From: the human T2T-CHM13v2.0 reference genome, Homo sapiens
Direction of reading: 5' to 3'
NCBI GenBank assembly: GCA_009914755.4
Contig: CP068257.2
Span: forward strand, 34,016,001-34,080,000
Length of the DNA stretch: 64,000 nt
Notes under the pieces: generated by a model
The model's database searches: none
What the model was told of the DNA's origin: nothing
The model's input: the letters and a program-made list of their open reading frames with translations, nothing else
Part shown: positions 23,726 to 38,263 of the stretch, one piece after another
Position numbering within the stretch: position 1 is the stretch's first letter
Layout of the letters: each line of letters begins with the position of its first letter
Made by a program: the position numbers and the translations under genes

Positions 23726-26079
23726 GCTCAGTTCCTTTTCAAGTAGGACCAGAAAAGTTGTCTAGTATAATTCTAACATAGCTCTGGAATCCGGTTCCCA
23801 CCTCCATCCCTCCAAATACACACACATTCACGCACGCTCCTTGTCTGTACCCATGAACCTCTAGGGAGTTCACCTCCTCCTACAATGGCATCCACCTATG
23901 GGCTCCCCTGCGAGTCTTTGGAGAGCAAGAACTGTGTTCTCAACCTCCAAGTGGTCCCAGCACCAAGGGCCATATCCAGCACACACAGGGGCTTAATACA
24001 TGTTTGCTAAGTGAACAAACAGAACTAATCTATGATTAAAAATGAACTCCCAGTAATACTTGTGTCTCAGTCCTAGTTCTTTCCTCAAGAGTCTACTGAT
24101 TGTGCTTCTCCACTGCCAACATGACATCTGGGCGTCGAGTCCATCATCTGACTTATATAGACTTCATCACATAGGCCACTGTTGAGCAGAGGCACAGACA
24201 GACAAGACCATGACGTCTTACGTGCATTTGCACATACCTTCTTTGTTCAAACTCCCACTCCTTCAAACCTCAACTCAAATGCAAGGACCACTGGGAATCC
24301 TTTCTGAATTTCCCTACACAGGTTTTACCTCCTTCTCTCATTGTATTATGGAAAACTCTTGGCATTGAAATCTAGTACACACTCAGTAAATAATGGTCAC
24401 TATGGCATTTTTGTTGGTGGTGAAGGAGGTAGTGGTTTCAATATGATTCCCTCTGCTTGAAGAATTTCCCTTATTTATACCAATTATCTTGATTTATTGT
24501 AATTTATTTGCATGTCTTCTTTTCCCTCTACACTAGACGCTCCAATGGGTGGAAGCCAAGTTTTCCCCTTGAAATCATGAGTATCCATTAGGCAGAAGAC
24601 ACTGTAATAATAATAGTCTCAAAGAAAAATATGGTTTGTGCGTACTGTCCACCAAACCAGGCAACAGCAGAGTTTGGCCTGTGTACTAAATCCAACCATG
24701 GTCTGGCTTTGCACAGTGTGCTGAGAGAATTAGAGAGATGTTAAGAGAGGAACTGGAGGTGGCCCCACAAAACCCAAAGCACTTACTATCTGGCCCGCTA
24801 CAGAAAAAGTATGCTGAACTGGACACTAAACACAGAAGCATCTGGCTTGTAATTTGACTGTGGCTTTAATTTCTTATACGATGACCTCACATTCGCTTAC
24901 CCAGAAATTCTACCAAGGGCTCAGAAATGGCTTGGACCCTAGATTGGGCCTGGAGAGCCCTGATGGGACTAATGCATCCGCACACCAAAGGGAGGCAGTT
25001 TTGTGTTTTAAAAGCATCTGCTAGTACTTCAGATTTTAAACATTTCCTCTCCAGTCATTGTAAGTTGAGTCTCTAATTTTTAAAACATTATGAGTCAGGA
25101 GGAAGGAGGACTGTCTTCAGTTGCTTGTGGGGCCAAGCCTTCACCAAAACCACTTCAGAAAGCAAGTTCCTTAAAAAGGAACCAGTAACCAGGCTGAGTT
25201 GGTGTAGGAAGTGAAGCTGCAAAACAAGGGTCAGAACACAGCACCGTTCAGTCAGAAAAAAAGATGGAAATCTGCCCAAACCAGAAACCCAAAGTGTAAT
25301 GTGCATGTATACTCACGAGGAATGTAACTGGACACCGCTGGTGGGTCTACACTGTGTTCTAGGGCAAGTTGGTTTTGTTTTCCTACTTAGGGAAAAATTT
25401 GGTTTCCATGGGCCCTTTAAACTGGCATAGCTTTGTGTTTTTGTTGCTTTACTGTTACTTCTTTTTTATGAGTAAAACTTTTCTCTGATAATGACTGCAT
25501 CTTCCTAAAAGCTTCTTCTGAGTTCTTATTTTCAAAGAAGCCGAATCCATCTTAATATTTTCTTGCCATAATTGCCCCAGGCCAATTTCTTCTAAAGGAA
25601 TTAAAAATGCAAATCTAATATTCTAATTGCATAATAGGATAATCTTGGCAGCTAGATCAATACTATCTCCCACTGTCAATAATACGGCCGGGATGTGTGT
25701 ATGTCAGAGCCCACCGGTCTCACTTTATCACTGGCCCCATGGCCCATCCACATCTATAAGATGTGACATTTTATTAGTGGCCTTCCATCAATCAACTCTA
25801 ATTTGTGCATCAGAGAGATGCGTGTTGTCATCTCAGCATCCACGTTGCCCTGGGCACCAGACAACACAGAGTTGAAGCCTCATGTTTCCAAGGACTAAGT
25901 TAAATGGCAGGAAAAGGGTGGATGACAGCTCCACAAAGGATTTCTTCCTGGTGGCCATCCAATGAATTAAAAAGCAAAGAACCTACAACAAGTCATCTCA
26001 AAGAGGAAGACTCCAAAAAATAAGAATGTGGACAGCTCCCAAACCTGTCAGTGCAGCTACAAACCATTGCAGGCAGCAC

Positions 26080-26200
26080 AGGCCTGGAGTCAGGAGACCT
26101 GGCTGTGAGGTCCGGCTTGGCCATTCCGTGCTGGGTCACCTAACCTCTATCTGCCTCATTTTCCTCTCTTGTAAAGTAAGAGTGTTGACCTAGGTTGTTC
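26080..26200 (+). mobile_element. MIR SINE fragment
   Basis: GGCCTGGAGTCAGGAGACCTGGCTGTGAGGTCCGGCTTGGCCATTCCGTGCTGGGTCACCTAACCTCTATCTGCCTCATTTTCCTCTCTTGTAAAGTAAGAG versus the MIR consensus (...GTCAGACAGACCTGGGTTCAAATCCCGGCTCTGCCACTTACTAGCTGTGTGACCTTGGGCAAGTCACTTAACCTCTCTGAGCCTCAGTTTCCTCATCTGTAAAATGG). Confidence 0.5.
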
Positions 26201-26245
26201 CAACCTAAAACTTATTTGACTTCAAGCGTAGTAAAGATTGTACTC

Positions 26246-26663
<418 letters not shown>

Positions 26664-26734
26664 TTATCATCCAAACTATATTTCCATTAAGAAGTGTTTT
26701 TCCAATAGCTCTCCTTCGCCTTTTAAATGTTCTT

Positions 26735-27386
<652 letters not shown>

Positions 27387-28169
27387 TCAGGTCTCAGATA
27401 CCATACTATTTGGTTTAAAATATTTTGGTTCAAAATATTTGGCTCAAAAAATCTGCTTCAATTTACCCACCTTAACCAGAAAAAAAAAAAAAAACTTGTA
27501 TAAACTGTGTTTAAAAAATCATAAATGTCCTTAAATATAATTAAGCAATAGGGTATAACAAAACTTTAAGTTCTTATTAAATATGATTTTAGGGAAGGCT
27601 AATTTTAAAGAGATAATCAGAACAAAGACTTAAATTCTTTGATGAACAAAATACCTTTCCAAATTTATGACAGCATACAATGTAACTCAAAATGCAATTT
27701 ATTTGACTTTGGAGAAAAATGCTCTGTATGTATTTTACTTGTAACTGTAGTAAGATTTCTTGTTGATATGGTTCTTTGCAGTTTATTCAAATAACAATTA
27801 TCCACTACATGCTGGGTATTGTGTAAGAGGCCTTCATATATATTTTTAAATTTGGTTCTTACAGTGACATTGGGGATTAGTTAAGACTGGCATTATTGTC
27901 CCCGAAGGAGAAAATGAAGGCTAGAAACCAGTAAGAGATGTCCCCAGAAATTATCAGCAATGTGAAAAGTGACAGAAGACTCAAGGATGAGTTAAAAAAA
28001 AAAGAGGGGGGGGCAGGAAAAAAAAGAAATATTCCTGAAAACTTGAGGCAGGCAAATTTTCCAAGAGGGGTAAGTGAAGGGTTTGGAGAAAGAGAGGGAG
28101 CTGGGGCAGAGGAAGAGATACAAGCCCTCTGTGAAATACAAACCAGGGGGCTTAGTATTGATCCTTGGG

Positions 28170-29250
28170 AGAACACAAGAACTAATCGTTGCAGGTTGAT
28201 CTTTGTGAGCTCGGGGAGGAGAAAACGGTGACTGCCAAGAGGCTCTTCCACAGTTACCCGATTGAATCTCGTTTCCTCTCCTGATAGGGTTATCAGGCAG
28301 GGGGATCATGGATCTGAATTTCAGCGAGGCACTTGACAGAGTTGCTCAGGATATTCTTATAGACAAGATGGAGAAATGGGGATGGGAGTAGGACACAGCT
28401 AAGTGGATTTGCAGCTGGCTGAACAAATGCATCAAAGTGTTGAATAATAGAATGATGTCAGCCTGGAAGGAAAATGAGCCTTGTGCTACAGGGCTCTGTT
28501 TTGGGCCCTGTTCTGTTCAGCAAGCTGATGGGTGGCTTGAACAGAATAGTAGAAGGAATGCCTGTTAGGACAGTGAATGACATCCGTATGGGAGGAACTG
28601 CTAACACATTAAACAAAAGAGTCAGGATCCAAAATGTTCTCATCCTGCTAGACCAATGACCTCAAACCATCGAGAAGAAATGTAATCGGAATGAATGTAA
28701 AGTCCTTTAATTGATTCCAAAATCAATAACACAAAAAAGGATGTGAGATTCTTGGCTTAGGAGCAGTTCATGGAGCGAAGACCTAGCCCCCTGGCAAAAC
28801 GTGCTCCCATTAACATGTTGCAGTCACTAACAAAACTTAAGGGATTTTGGACTGCGTTAGTAGGAGCCCAGCGCCTCCTCCAAAAGTAGTTATAATTCCA
28901 CTACATGATGGACTGGTAAACACCCGGTTTCAGGTGAGGTGCTGCATTTTAAGACAAACAGAAAATTCAGAGAAGGGAAAAAATACTAGAGAAGATGTGG
29001 CTTTAATACAAGGTGAGAAACGGTTCATGTGATTGGTGACATTTAGCCAAGGAGAGGCAAGGTGGCAATCTTCTAATATTTGGAGAGCTGACATAGGAAG
29101 AATGAGAAAACAAAATCATCACTGCTCTACATGGATTAAGAGTTACAGAATTGTGGAGTAAGTCTCAGGGCAACCTAAACATGCAGTTGCCACACAAGCA
29201 ACTGAGTTCCCAGCACTGAGGGGATTCACAGGCTGGGCTGGTGGGAGAAG
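28170..29250 (+). mobile_element. L2/CR1-clade LINE ORF2 fragment (reverse-transcriptase region onward), heavily frameshifted
   Basis: Translations in shifting frames give recognisable RT motifs: GIMDLNFSEALDRVAQDILIDKMEKWGWE (compare L2/CR1 [29 protein letters not shown]) and LQGSVLGPVLFSKLMGGLNRIVEGMPVRTVNDIRMGGTANT (compare [25 protein letters not shown]...KFADDTKLGG, ORF 28474-28659). Also KKCNRNECKVL (compare MKFNKDKCKVLHLG) and downstream LIQGEKRFM (compare SLEKRRLRGD). Confidence 0.6.
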
Positions 29251-29586
29251 CATTTCTTTTCAGAGTGAAAAGTTGTTTTGCCTAATTCTACAGGACAAAA
29301 TAATCTTGATATGTGCAGAAGTGTTGACAATGAAATTGCCATAAGTATTGCCTGCTGATTAAATCCAACACATATGCCTTAGCCAATTATGATTTCAAGG
29401 TACTTTGTATACATAGGGAAGGTGTAACGAAAAAGTAAAAATAACCACATCACATTGTGTTCCCTGGAGGAGCTTAAAAATCTAAAGACATATAAGTAAT
29501 TTCGTTTAAATAAAAGACAAAATAAAATAGATTATTATATTTTATTTTAACAGATTATAATAAAATAAATTATAATAAAGAAAGAG

Positions 29587-29905
29587 AAGCCACGCATGGT
29601 GGCTCATGCCTGTAATCTCAGAATTTCGGGACACCGAGGCTGGGATATTTCTTGAGGCCAGGAGTCCATGACCAGCCTAGGTAATATAGTGAGACCTCAT
29701 CTCTATAAAAATAATAAAAAATTTAAAAATTAGCCAGGCATGGTGGCACACACCTGTAGTTCCAGCTACTTAGGAGGCTGAGGTGGGAGGATTGCCTGAG
29801 CCCAGGAATTCAAAGCTTCAGTGAGCTATGATGGCACCACTGCACTACAGCCTGGGTGACAGAGTGAGACCCTGTCTCTAAAAGAAAGAAGAAAGAAAGA
29901 AAGAG
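29587..29905 (+). mobile_element. AluJ-like SINE with (AAAG)n-type tail
   Basis: AGCCACGCATGGTGGCTCATGCCTGTAATCTCAGAATTTCGGGACACCGAGGCTGGGATATTTCTTGAGGCCAGGAGTCCATGACCAGCCTAGGTAATATAGTGAGACCTCATCTCTATAAAAATAATAAAAAATTTAAAAATTAGCCAGGCATGGTGGCACACACCTGTAGTTCCAGCTACTTAGGAGGCTGAGGTGGGAGGATTGCCTGAGCCCAGGAATTCAAAGCTTCAGTGAGCTATGATGGCACCACTGCACTACAGCCTGGGTGACAGAGTGAGACCCTGTCTCT, then AAAAGAAAGAAGAAAGAAAGAAAG. Confidence 0.9.
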
Positions 29906-31439
29906 CTATAGGATAAAGAAAGGGTAAGAATTAATTTTAAGTTGAGTTAGAGGCTGATCAAAGAAGGCTTCACAAAACAGGTAGCATTCAACCTGAATGC
30001 ATATTGGGTTTCCAGCTCAAGCATCCAGGCAGCTCAGGTACAGCCCTGGTGAAACTCTAAACGTGGCCACCCTGCATCTTTTCCTGTATTTAGCCATTTG
30101 AACGGCCATCTTGTCTGTGCTGTTATTTCAAAGAGATTTTGTTCTCTGCCCATACCTGGCAACTTGACAGTTTAGATCTCCTTTGCTTCCTGCCTTCCCT
30201 GTCACCCTCATTGTTATGAGGGACTAGCCTTCAATTCTTCTGCCCGTGGTCACCTGTAGACACAGCCCTGGCACAGGAGTCGCATTCCATCAGTTTTACC
30301 ATGTAAGGTAACCTGATCACAGGAAGGCCATTCCCTCACCATTGCCGTATTTTTGGTTAGAGCAATGCAGAGGTCACACGCCTCTTTCAGGTCTGTCTGC
30401 TACAGGTGCCAGGTGGGGGTCAGTTAGACACTTGAAACAAGAAGGTGGAAAGATAGGGCAGGTGTGAAGCAGGTGGGCACTTCAGAGCTGGGCACTCAAC
30501 CTTGGGGATTCCTTCAGGGGTGCAATTATGTTCCTCTCTCCTCTTGCCTAGACAAATGGCTTGTCATCCTTGGTCATGAAAAAGACACTTTACCTTTCAG
30601 GCACGAGGGCACATCCCACTCAGCAAGATGAGCTAAGATGATACCATCTGCCACCCTCCTTGAGCTCTCCCCCTTCAATTTTGTGAGTATTCCTCCTAGC
30701 CCTTGAGGTAGTAATCCACACAGCAGTAGTTGCTGACATCACCAGGATTGACAGGTCTCGGCCATCACACAGGCTCCCAGCCTATGGCTAAGTAACATTA
30801 TCCCCCAGGCTGTGTGTCTATGCAGGGCACTTCCCAGACACTACCAGCTGCTTAGACGTACAGTTCACTCCCAGTGGTTTAAACCCCAACCAGGACTCAG
30901 AGATTGTTGCTGCATCTCTGTCTCTCCTCTATCATAATGCCAGCTGTGGCCTCCCCTGAGAGCCGACTATTTAAAAATTAATCACCATGTTTCATTCCAC
31001 ATAGAAGCTCCTGTTCTATTTATTTCTCCTTCTTCTTCAGATCCTCTCCTGGAAATCTGATGGAAAGAGCCATATGACTTATCATTTTCTTCCTCTATAA
31101 AGTGGTGTGAAAATTACACAGAAGGTCATCAGGAGGCACTTCTCCTCCACCCACAGAAGGAGAGGGGGTGTTTCCAACAGTGGCTAACTGTTGTAAGTCT
31201 GATGCTCTTTGGGGCATTGACTAATGGTAAGAGTAGGTGGACGTCTAAGTGGCCTCAATCCTTCTCTCTTCCATCTGTAGTCATACCCTTTGCAATATGA
31301 CTTTGTGCCTCTTCCCATTAAGATGTGGAGTCTATTTCTCCATACCCTGAATCTAGCTTATTGTTATAATTTGTTTTAGGCAAGAGAATGAAGTGGGAGT
31401 GAAAGTCTGCCAGTTTGGGGCCTAGGTATTAAGAGTCCC

Positions 31440-31762
31440 TGCATGCTTCTACCTCACTCTCTTCGAATGTACTCAGCCTCCCTGAGAACAAACCCAGGCC
31501 AGCTTGCTGGAGGAGGAGAGACTGCTTGGAACAGAGACCTGCTATCCCATCATACTCTATCCATCATTCTCCATCCCAGCATAGCCAGCCCCCAGCTGAC
31601 TCAGAAGGTGAATACAAACACATGAATGAAGTCACCTGAGACAAGAAAAACCACCAAGCTAAGCCTAGCCCACACTGCCAACCCACAGACTCATGAATGA
31701 AACAAACGGCTATTGTTTTAAGCTACTCTACATTGGGGTGGTTTGTTATGCAGTATGATCTG
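31440..31762 (+). mobile_element. MLT1-type MaLR LTR 3' portion
   Basis: 3' end ...ACAGACTCATGAATGAAACAAACGGCTATTGTTTTAAGCTACTCTACATTGGGGTGGTTTGTTATGCAGTATGATC resembles the MLT1 3' end (...GAGAAATAAATGTTTGTTGTTTAAGCCACCCAGTCTATGGTATTTTGTTATAGCAGCC). Confidence 0.4.
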
Positions 31763-34700
31763 ATGCAGGCTCCATGGTTTATCAGTATAAACTTCCACAT
31801 CGCCAGTTTCAAAAAAGCCACCACCTGACTCATCTCAAACATTCAGCAGGGTGATGGTGTCCCCATTTTTTTTTCCTTCACTTGATCTTCTGGAACCATT
31901 TTCTTGAGGCTCCAGGACCTAACATTGAAACTGGAAGGAAAGGGTCTTGGGGGATGGGTTGAGTTGCCATACTTTTCCTTTTCACAAAAGTCCTTGCAAA
32001 GCATATTTCTTTTATTTCATCCTTGGATGGTTGCCTTCAATTCCTTTGTTTCATAAGCTTCTATTCTCCCAAAGAGCCACGACAGCATTGATTTCAACCT
32101 ATGATTGCCACTGAAATATTAAACCCTATTGATTTGAAACTCAGGATTAGTTGCAAGTTGGATACTCTGCATATTTTGAAGATGGGCAATTTTATTTCTT
32201 CTAGTTGAAGAGTAATCACAGCCTCCTGGTATTCTTGTTTTTTGATGTAGAACTTCAAATCTGATTTCTTATTTGGTTCCCTAAAATTGTGAAATGCACT
32301 ATGTTCACTAACTAATCACTTTACTCTTTCAAATGAAGCCTTCATACTTCTGAGTGTGCCGGTGTGAAAATACACATTCTCTCCATTATCTATACATTGA
32401 ATACTGTCATGATGATTCCTCCACCTCCCCAAACATCAACAAAAATCTTACTGGCTATAAGTAAAGATATCGTATTCTGAGTAGGCATTCAGTAGAATAA
32501 CTTTTCTTTTACTAAGCAGAGTTTATCATTAGTTTGATGTCTACTGAAAGCATACCACTACATCTAAGACTCCCATTAGCTTGAAGCTCACCCCAGTACA
32601 TGGCTACTACTGAAAATTTTTGTCCTAAAATGCCCTCCAAGAATAGAGCATCGGACTGCTGAAATAAAACTTCTCTGGATAACTCAAGACGGGATCTGCA
32701 ATGGGTTGTCTGAAAACCAAGTTCATCTGAAGATGCAAAAGGCTAAAGACGTGGCGATCAATTGTCTCCCAATTCTTAATTCATAGCTGCATTAATCATA
32801 AGCCTCTCCAAAATAAAAACAGTTAAACATTTTGAAACAAAAGACATTTCAAAAAATGTATACACTGGCGAACATTTTTACTTAATAGACATATATCTAT
32901 AGAATAGCTGTATTCAACTTTAAAAGCTGTTACTCTAGTGTGTACTAAATAGAGCCCAGAAACACAAGGTCCCCTTCCCTCTTGCTTCACCAGAGGTCTC
33001 CCCAAACCCTGACCCACATTCCTTACCCCTCCCTAGTGTTCATCCAGGAGGGAGCCCAGTGGCAGAGCCAGCTGTCCCAGTAGCATAGCGGTAGGATGGA
33101 GTGAGAGTAAGGCCCTGGGGGAAGCCGCAGCCCCGCAATCCTCAGACTGTATTTTCCTCTGTCTCCCACACCACCATTCTATGACCTTCCTCCTCCTTCA
33201 CACCAAGCTTTGGCATTACTTCTAAGATAAGATGTCTAGAAAGTGGAGCTGCAGGGGTCCCTTTTGAAATGTAGGTGAGATGTCCTAAGAACCTATTCCC
33301 AATTTATTCTTTGATCTATCCCTTCCTTTCTCAAGCAGCACTCAAAAAACCAGTCTGACATCTGCAAGCCATGGCAGACAGAGATATAAACCTGTGATCC
33401 TAAGAGTATTCAAGGGAAGTCCTGCTGAACTTAGCCTTTCCCAACAGGCTCACAGATAAAAAATGAGCAGGTGAAGAGCAGACAAGCCCACTCACCGTTG
33501 TCTGTGTAGCTATCAACTTGAGCAAATTAACAAAATATTAAATTAAAAGTAATGGCAAAACCCACAATTACTTTTGCACCAACCTAATAACCATTAAATT
33601 AAAGAAAGAACTCGGGACTGTAAGCAGTTCATCAAGGAGTCTTACGACATTGGGTTAGAAACACAAAATGCTTGTATTTCTCTAATTACTTCCCCCCGCC
33701 CTTTGCTCTGTTGAGTCTTCTTTTTATACTCCTTAATAGTGTCCTGGGTGGATTCCGTACCTTTCTAGTTGTTTAAAATGTGAAAGTGATAAGGCAATTA
33801 ATGAAGGGCCATTGCAAACCTTCAGTCTCAATCTTGTTTTCAGTCGTACGCCCTCTGTGTAGACTTGAGTAGGACCTTAAATGCTGAAGGGTGGGGCAGT
33901 GAGGCAAACTCTGCTTCTGCAATGCCCACTGTCTACTCCCGGTTGAGCTCCTCCAGTTGATAGGAAGGGGCCGTGTCTCTATTCACTTATGTGACCTCTG
34001 ATGGCATTCTCTCTCAGATGATTGCTGCAGCTGTACTGGCTGGTTGACTTGCAACTTCTCTGAGGGGCAGCATCTAAGCACTGTCTCTCTTATGGGAACA
34101 AGTTTGAATTCTCCAGCAGGCTCTGAAGGCTCTGTCATCTCCCTTCCCTATCTCCACCTACTGCACAATTCTGTGACATAGGATTCCTGGTTCTGGCTTG
34201 ACCTCTCCAACCCCTTCTCCATAGCTCCCTTTACCAGGTGCAAATCCCATAGCCTTCTACTGCTAGGTTCCCTGTGCCCAGTGAACATCCCGCCTTGTTG
34301 GGTACGAGCAAGATGACTCAAACCCAGCTGTCATTCCAGGGTGTCCACTGACCCACAGGAAACCCAGCCATCCTTGCCATGTGGTTGGTATGTGGGCTTC
34401 CAACCCCTACCCATCCTGCTCCCCGCTCCATTTCCCTCCAATAGGCAAATCAGCAAGTCTATCACCTAAGCCAATGTCCAGCTTGGAAAGGCAAGACTCC
34501 CTTCCTTTCCCCCAAGGGCACCCCCAATTTCTTAGTACTGCTTCCCCAGGTATCATCCCACTTGTCTTCATGGTGAGACTTCATTATAAAGACAGGAAGA
34601 GGTGATGGGTGGTGGCTGGTGGCAGCATTTTTGGTTCCACGAAGTTCTCTGTGGTGCAGATCTTGATGCCCTCTCTAGAATGTGGGCATTCTTGATGGCT

Positions 34701-34809
34701 TTTGTTTCAAGTCAAGCCTGTATTTGCTAGTTATGGGACAACCTAAAGAGTCTCACTAAGCTTCTTTGCATTTGTTTCTTAAAGCTTACATCACAGATAA
34801 TAACAAACA

Positions 34810-35110
34810 GGGTAGTTAAACAACAGAAGTTTATCCTTTCCAGGTTCTGGAGGCCAGAAGTCTGAAATCAAGCTGTCGGCAGGTCCATGCTCCTTTTGAA
34901 GTCTCCAGGAGATGATCCTTCATTGCCTCTTGCAGCTTCTGGTGACCCCAGATATTCTTTGGTTTGCAGGTGCCACACCCACGCTCTGCCCCCATCCTCA
35001 CATGGCCTCTTCTCTTTGCCTCTGTGTCCTCTCCTTTTCTCATAAGCACACAAGTAACTGAATAGAAGGCCCACCCTAATCCAATACGACCTCATTGTCA
35101 TCCATTACAT
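34810..35110 (-). mobile_element. MLT1-type MaLR LTR, minus orientation
   Basis: AACAGAAGTTTATCCTTTCCAGGTTCTGGAGGCCAGAAGTCTGAAATCAAGCTGTCGGCAGG...CTCACATGGCCTCTTCTCTTTGCCTCTGTGTCC...ATAGAAGGCCCACCCTAATCCAATACGACCTCATTGTCATCCATTACATCTGCATAAAC matches the reverse complement of the MLT1 consensus (...GAAATTTATTTCTCACAGTTCTGGAGGCTGGAAGTCCAAGATCAAGGTGCCAGCAG...TGTGTCCTCACATGG...GGGCCCACCCTAATGACCTCAT...). Same family as 1883-2240. Confidence 0.5.
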
Positions 35111-35744
35111 CTGCATAAACTCTGTTTGTCATTTATTTGGCAATAAAAGTCATGCAGATTATTGGCTCAGAAAGGTGTCCCTAGATTCTTCAATTACCCT
35201 GGACCCAGGAATACCCAGCACCTCACTCCTCAGGCCCTGACTCTCCACTCCCTCCAGCTACCATGTTGTAGGTGCAGGGACCCTGAAGGCCACCCTGGCT
35301 TTCACAACCAGCTCCTAGCAGGGGGAGGAGAAGCCTTCTCCTGTCTCTGAAAAGAGAAGCTATTTGTTGAGACACAGTGACATTCTCAGTATATTTTCCC
35401 ACAAAGTCAGTGTTCCATTGGTCTTACATCTTCTGGCCCTGTTGGTATTACAGGACATGGCTCAGCTGGGCTTTAGTTAGCTGTCCTGGGATCCTGCCCT
35501 TCTTTCTTTGAGAAAGAATATTCTAATGCCCAAAACTAACTTCTAAATGTGCCTTTTCATAAGGTGGGGATTCCCTCTATTACTACTATTGGGGAAAGAT
35601 TTTTTGTATAATAAAGAAATAAACACAGACATGTCCAACTTGACATATCAAGCCAGAGGAGGTGTATTAAAGGTTGAGGAGCTCATATAGGAAAACTATT
35701 ATTCATCATTTATTCATCATTAAATATAAATTGTCATCAAAAAT

Positions 35745-37020
35745 GTTTTAATATTTTTTATTGTGTATTTTTAAGGTGTACAACAGGATGTTGATATATA
35801 CATATGTAGTGAAATGATTACCACAGGTAGGCAAATTAACGTATCACCTTTCATAGTATATTTATTCATTTTTGTCTTCAGAGCATCTAAAATATATTCT
35901 CTTAGCAATTGTCCAGTATATGATACAATAATTGCCTACAGTCCTCCTGCCGCACATTAGCTCTCTCTCCAGACGTATTCACCCTGCATTAACTACACGT
36001 TTGTACCATTTGATTCACATCTCCCCATTTCCACCGTTCTACTGTTTTTATATATTCAACTTTTTCTTAGATTCGTCATATAAGTGAGGTCGTATGGTAT
36101 TTGTCTTTCTGTACCCAGCTTTTTTCACTGAGCACAATGTCTCCTGGTTCCTTGATGCAGTCACATATGGCAAGATTGCCTTTTTTTATTATTTTAATTT
36201 TTGTGGTTACACAGTAGGTGTATATATTTTATATATTTATGGAGTACATGAGATATTTTGATACAGGCATGCAATGCACAATTAACACATCATGGAAAAT
36301 GGGGTATCCATCCCCTCAAGTATTTATCTTTTGTGTTACAAACAATCCAAGGTTATACTTTCAGTTATTTTTAAATGTACAACTAAATTATTACTGACTA
36401 TAGTCACCCTGTTCTGCTATCAAATACTAGGTCTTATTCACTCTTTCTATTTTCTTTGTACTCGTTAACCATCTCCACATCCCCCTAAAGATTGCCTTAT
36501 TTTTAAAGGCTGAATAATATTCTTCATTCATTCATCCATCAATGGACACTTAGGCTGTTTCCATATTTTGGCTATTGTGAATTACGATGCAATGAACATG
36601 GGAGTGAAGATATCTCTATGAGCTCTTGATTTCATCTCTTTGAGTATATACCCAGGAGAGGAATTGCTGGATCATATGGTAGTTCTATTTTTAATTTTTT
36701 GAGTAATTCCATATTGTTTTCCATAATAGCTGTGCGAATTTACATTTCCACCAAGAGTGTATGAGGGTTCCCTTTTTTCCACGTCCTCATCAACACTTGT
36801 TACCAAGTGTCTTTTTGATAATATCCATCCTGATAGGTGTGAGGTGATATCTCTTCATGATTTTTTGCACTTCCCTGGTGTTGAGCACTTTTTCATCTAT
36901 GTGTTAGCCATTTTTATGTCTTCTTTGAAAAATTTCTAGTCAGGCCCTTTGACCATTTTAAAATCAGATTTTTTTTCTTTGTTATTGAGTTGTATGAGTT
37001 CCTTATATATATTGGAAATA
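35745..37020 (-). mobile_element. Old L1 (L1PB/L1M-like) 3' end, ~1.3 kb, antisense (ORF2 C-terminus plus 3' UTR)
   Basis: TTTTTATTGTGTATTTTTAAGGTGTACAACAGGATGTTGATATATACATATGTAGTGAAATGATTACCACAG is the rc of the L1 3' end (...CTGTGGTGATCATTTCACAATGTATACATATATCAAATCATCATGTTGTACACCTTAAATATACACAAT...). Also GGCTGAATAATATTCTTCATTCATTCATCCATCAATGGACACTTAGGCTGTTTCCATATTTTGGCTATTGTGAATTACGATGCAATGAACATGGGAGTGAAGATATCTC...GAGGAATTGCTGGATCATATGGTAGTTC...TTTACATTTCCACCAAGAGTGTATGAGGGTTCCCTTTTTTCCACGTCCTCATCAACACTTGTTACC..., all antisense-L1 ORF2 hallmarks. Confidence 0.75.
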
Positions 37021-37913
37021 CACACAAAAAATTAAAACAGTTTTTACCCATCCCCCAAAATATTGATAAATATTTTTGACACTATATCACCAGCTATTAA
37101 AAGTAATTATTTAAGATAATGCATCATACTCAAGAATTAAAAATGAAAATTGTATTTAGCAGTTTTTTATAGCTTGGAGAAATATTATTGAGGCTGAATT
37201 CCACTGAAATGAGATAATGTCTTACAAGTGACATACATATAATTATTAATAAATATTAATATAGGACACTTTTTAAAATAAATAGACGTAAGTAAATTTT
37301 CAAAAAGCAATCAAAGTAGAAACACAGAACGTGAACTTTCAGGCACAAATAGTACTTTGACATGGTCTCATTCTTTCTGTTGACATTTGGTTGTACATTA
37401 TTCAAAGATGCTACAGAAAGTTGCTAATAACTGGCTGCCAGAGATCAAAAATCTTGTCTAAAGAGACAAAAAATATTCACACACACAAAAAGGTTTTTAA
37501 AATACTCAGGAACTTTTAAAAGACATCTCATCATCAAACTGTAAGGTCCCCAATGACAAGAAGCACATGTGTTTTATTTTCTAATATACACCACTGGACA
37601 CAGTGACTGGCACATAGATGGCCTCAAGACATTGTTCTAGTTGAAAACATTTGGGCACAAATGATAGGCAACTCTTTAACCTGAGCATCTGAATTTGGAC
37701 ATTTATTTTTAAAAAGCTGACAAAGTATATAATCAATATTTCTGATGAGAACTCAGTCCTGCTTTTATATTTTTCATGTAATCGATTTTTTAACTTTTAA
37801 CATTTAATACCTCAAGGCTCACTGATACCTTATACACCTCAGCATCATCATAATACTAGACCAGTGTAAATGCCAGGAGCCTAAATAATCCACTTTTCAA
37901 TTAACTTATTTAG

Positions 37914-38263
<350 letters not shown>

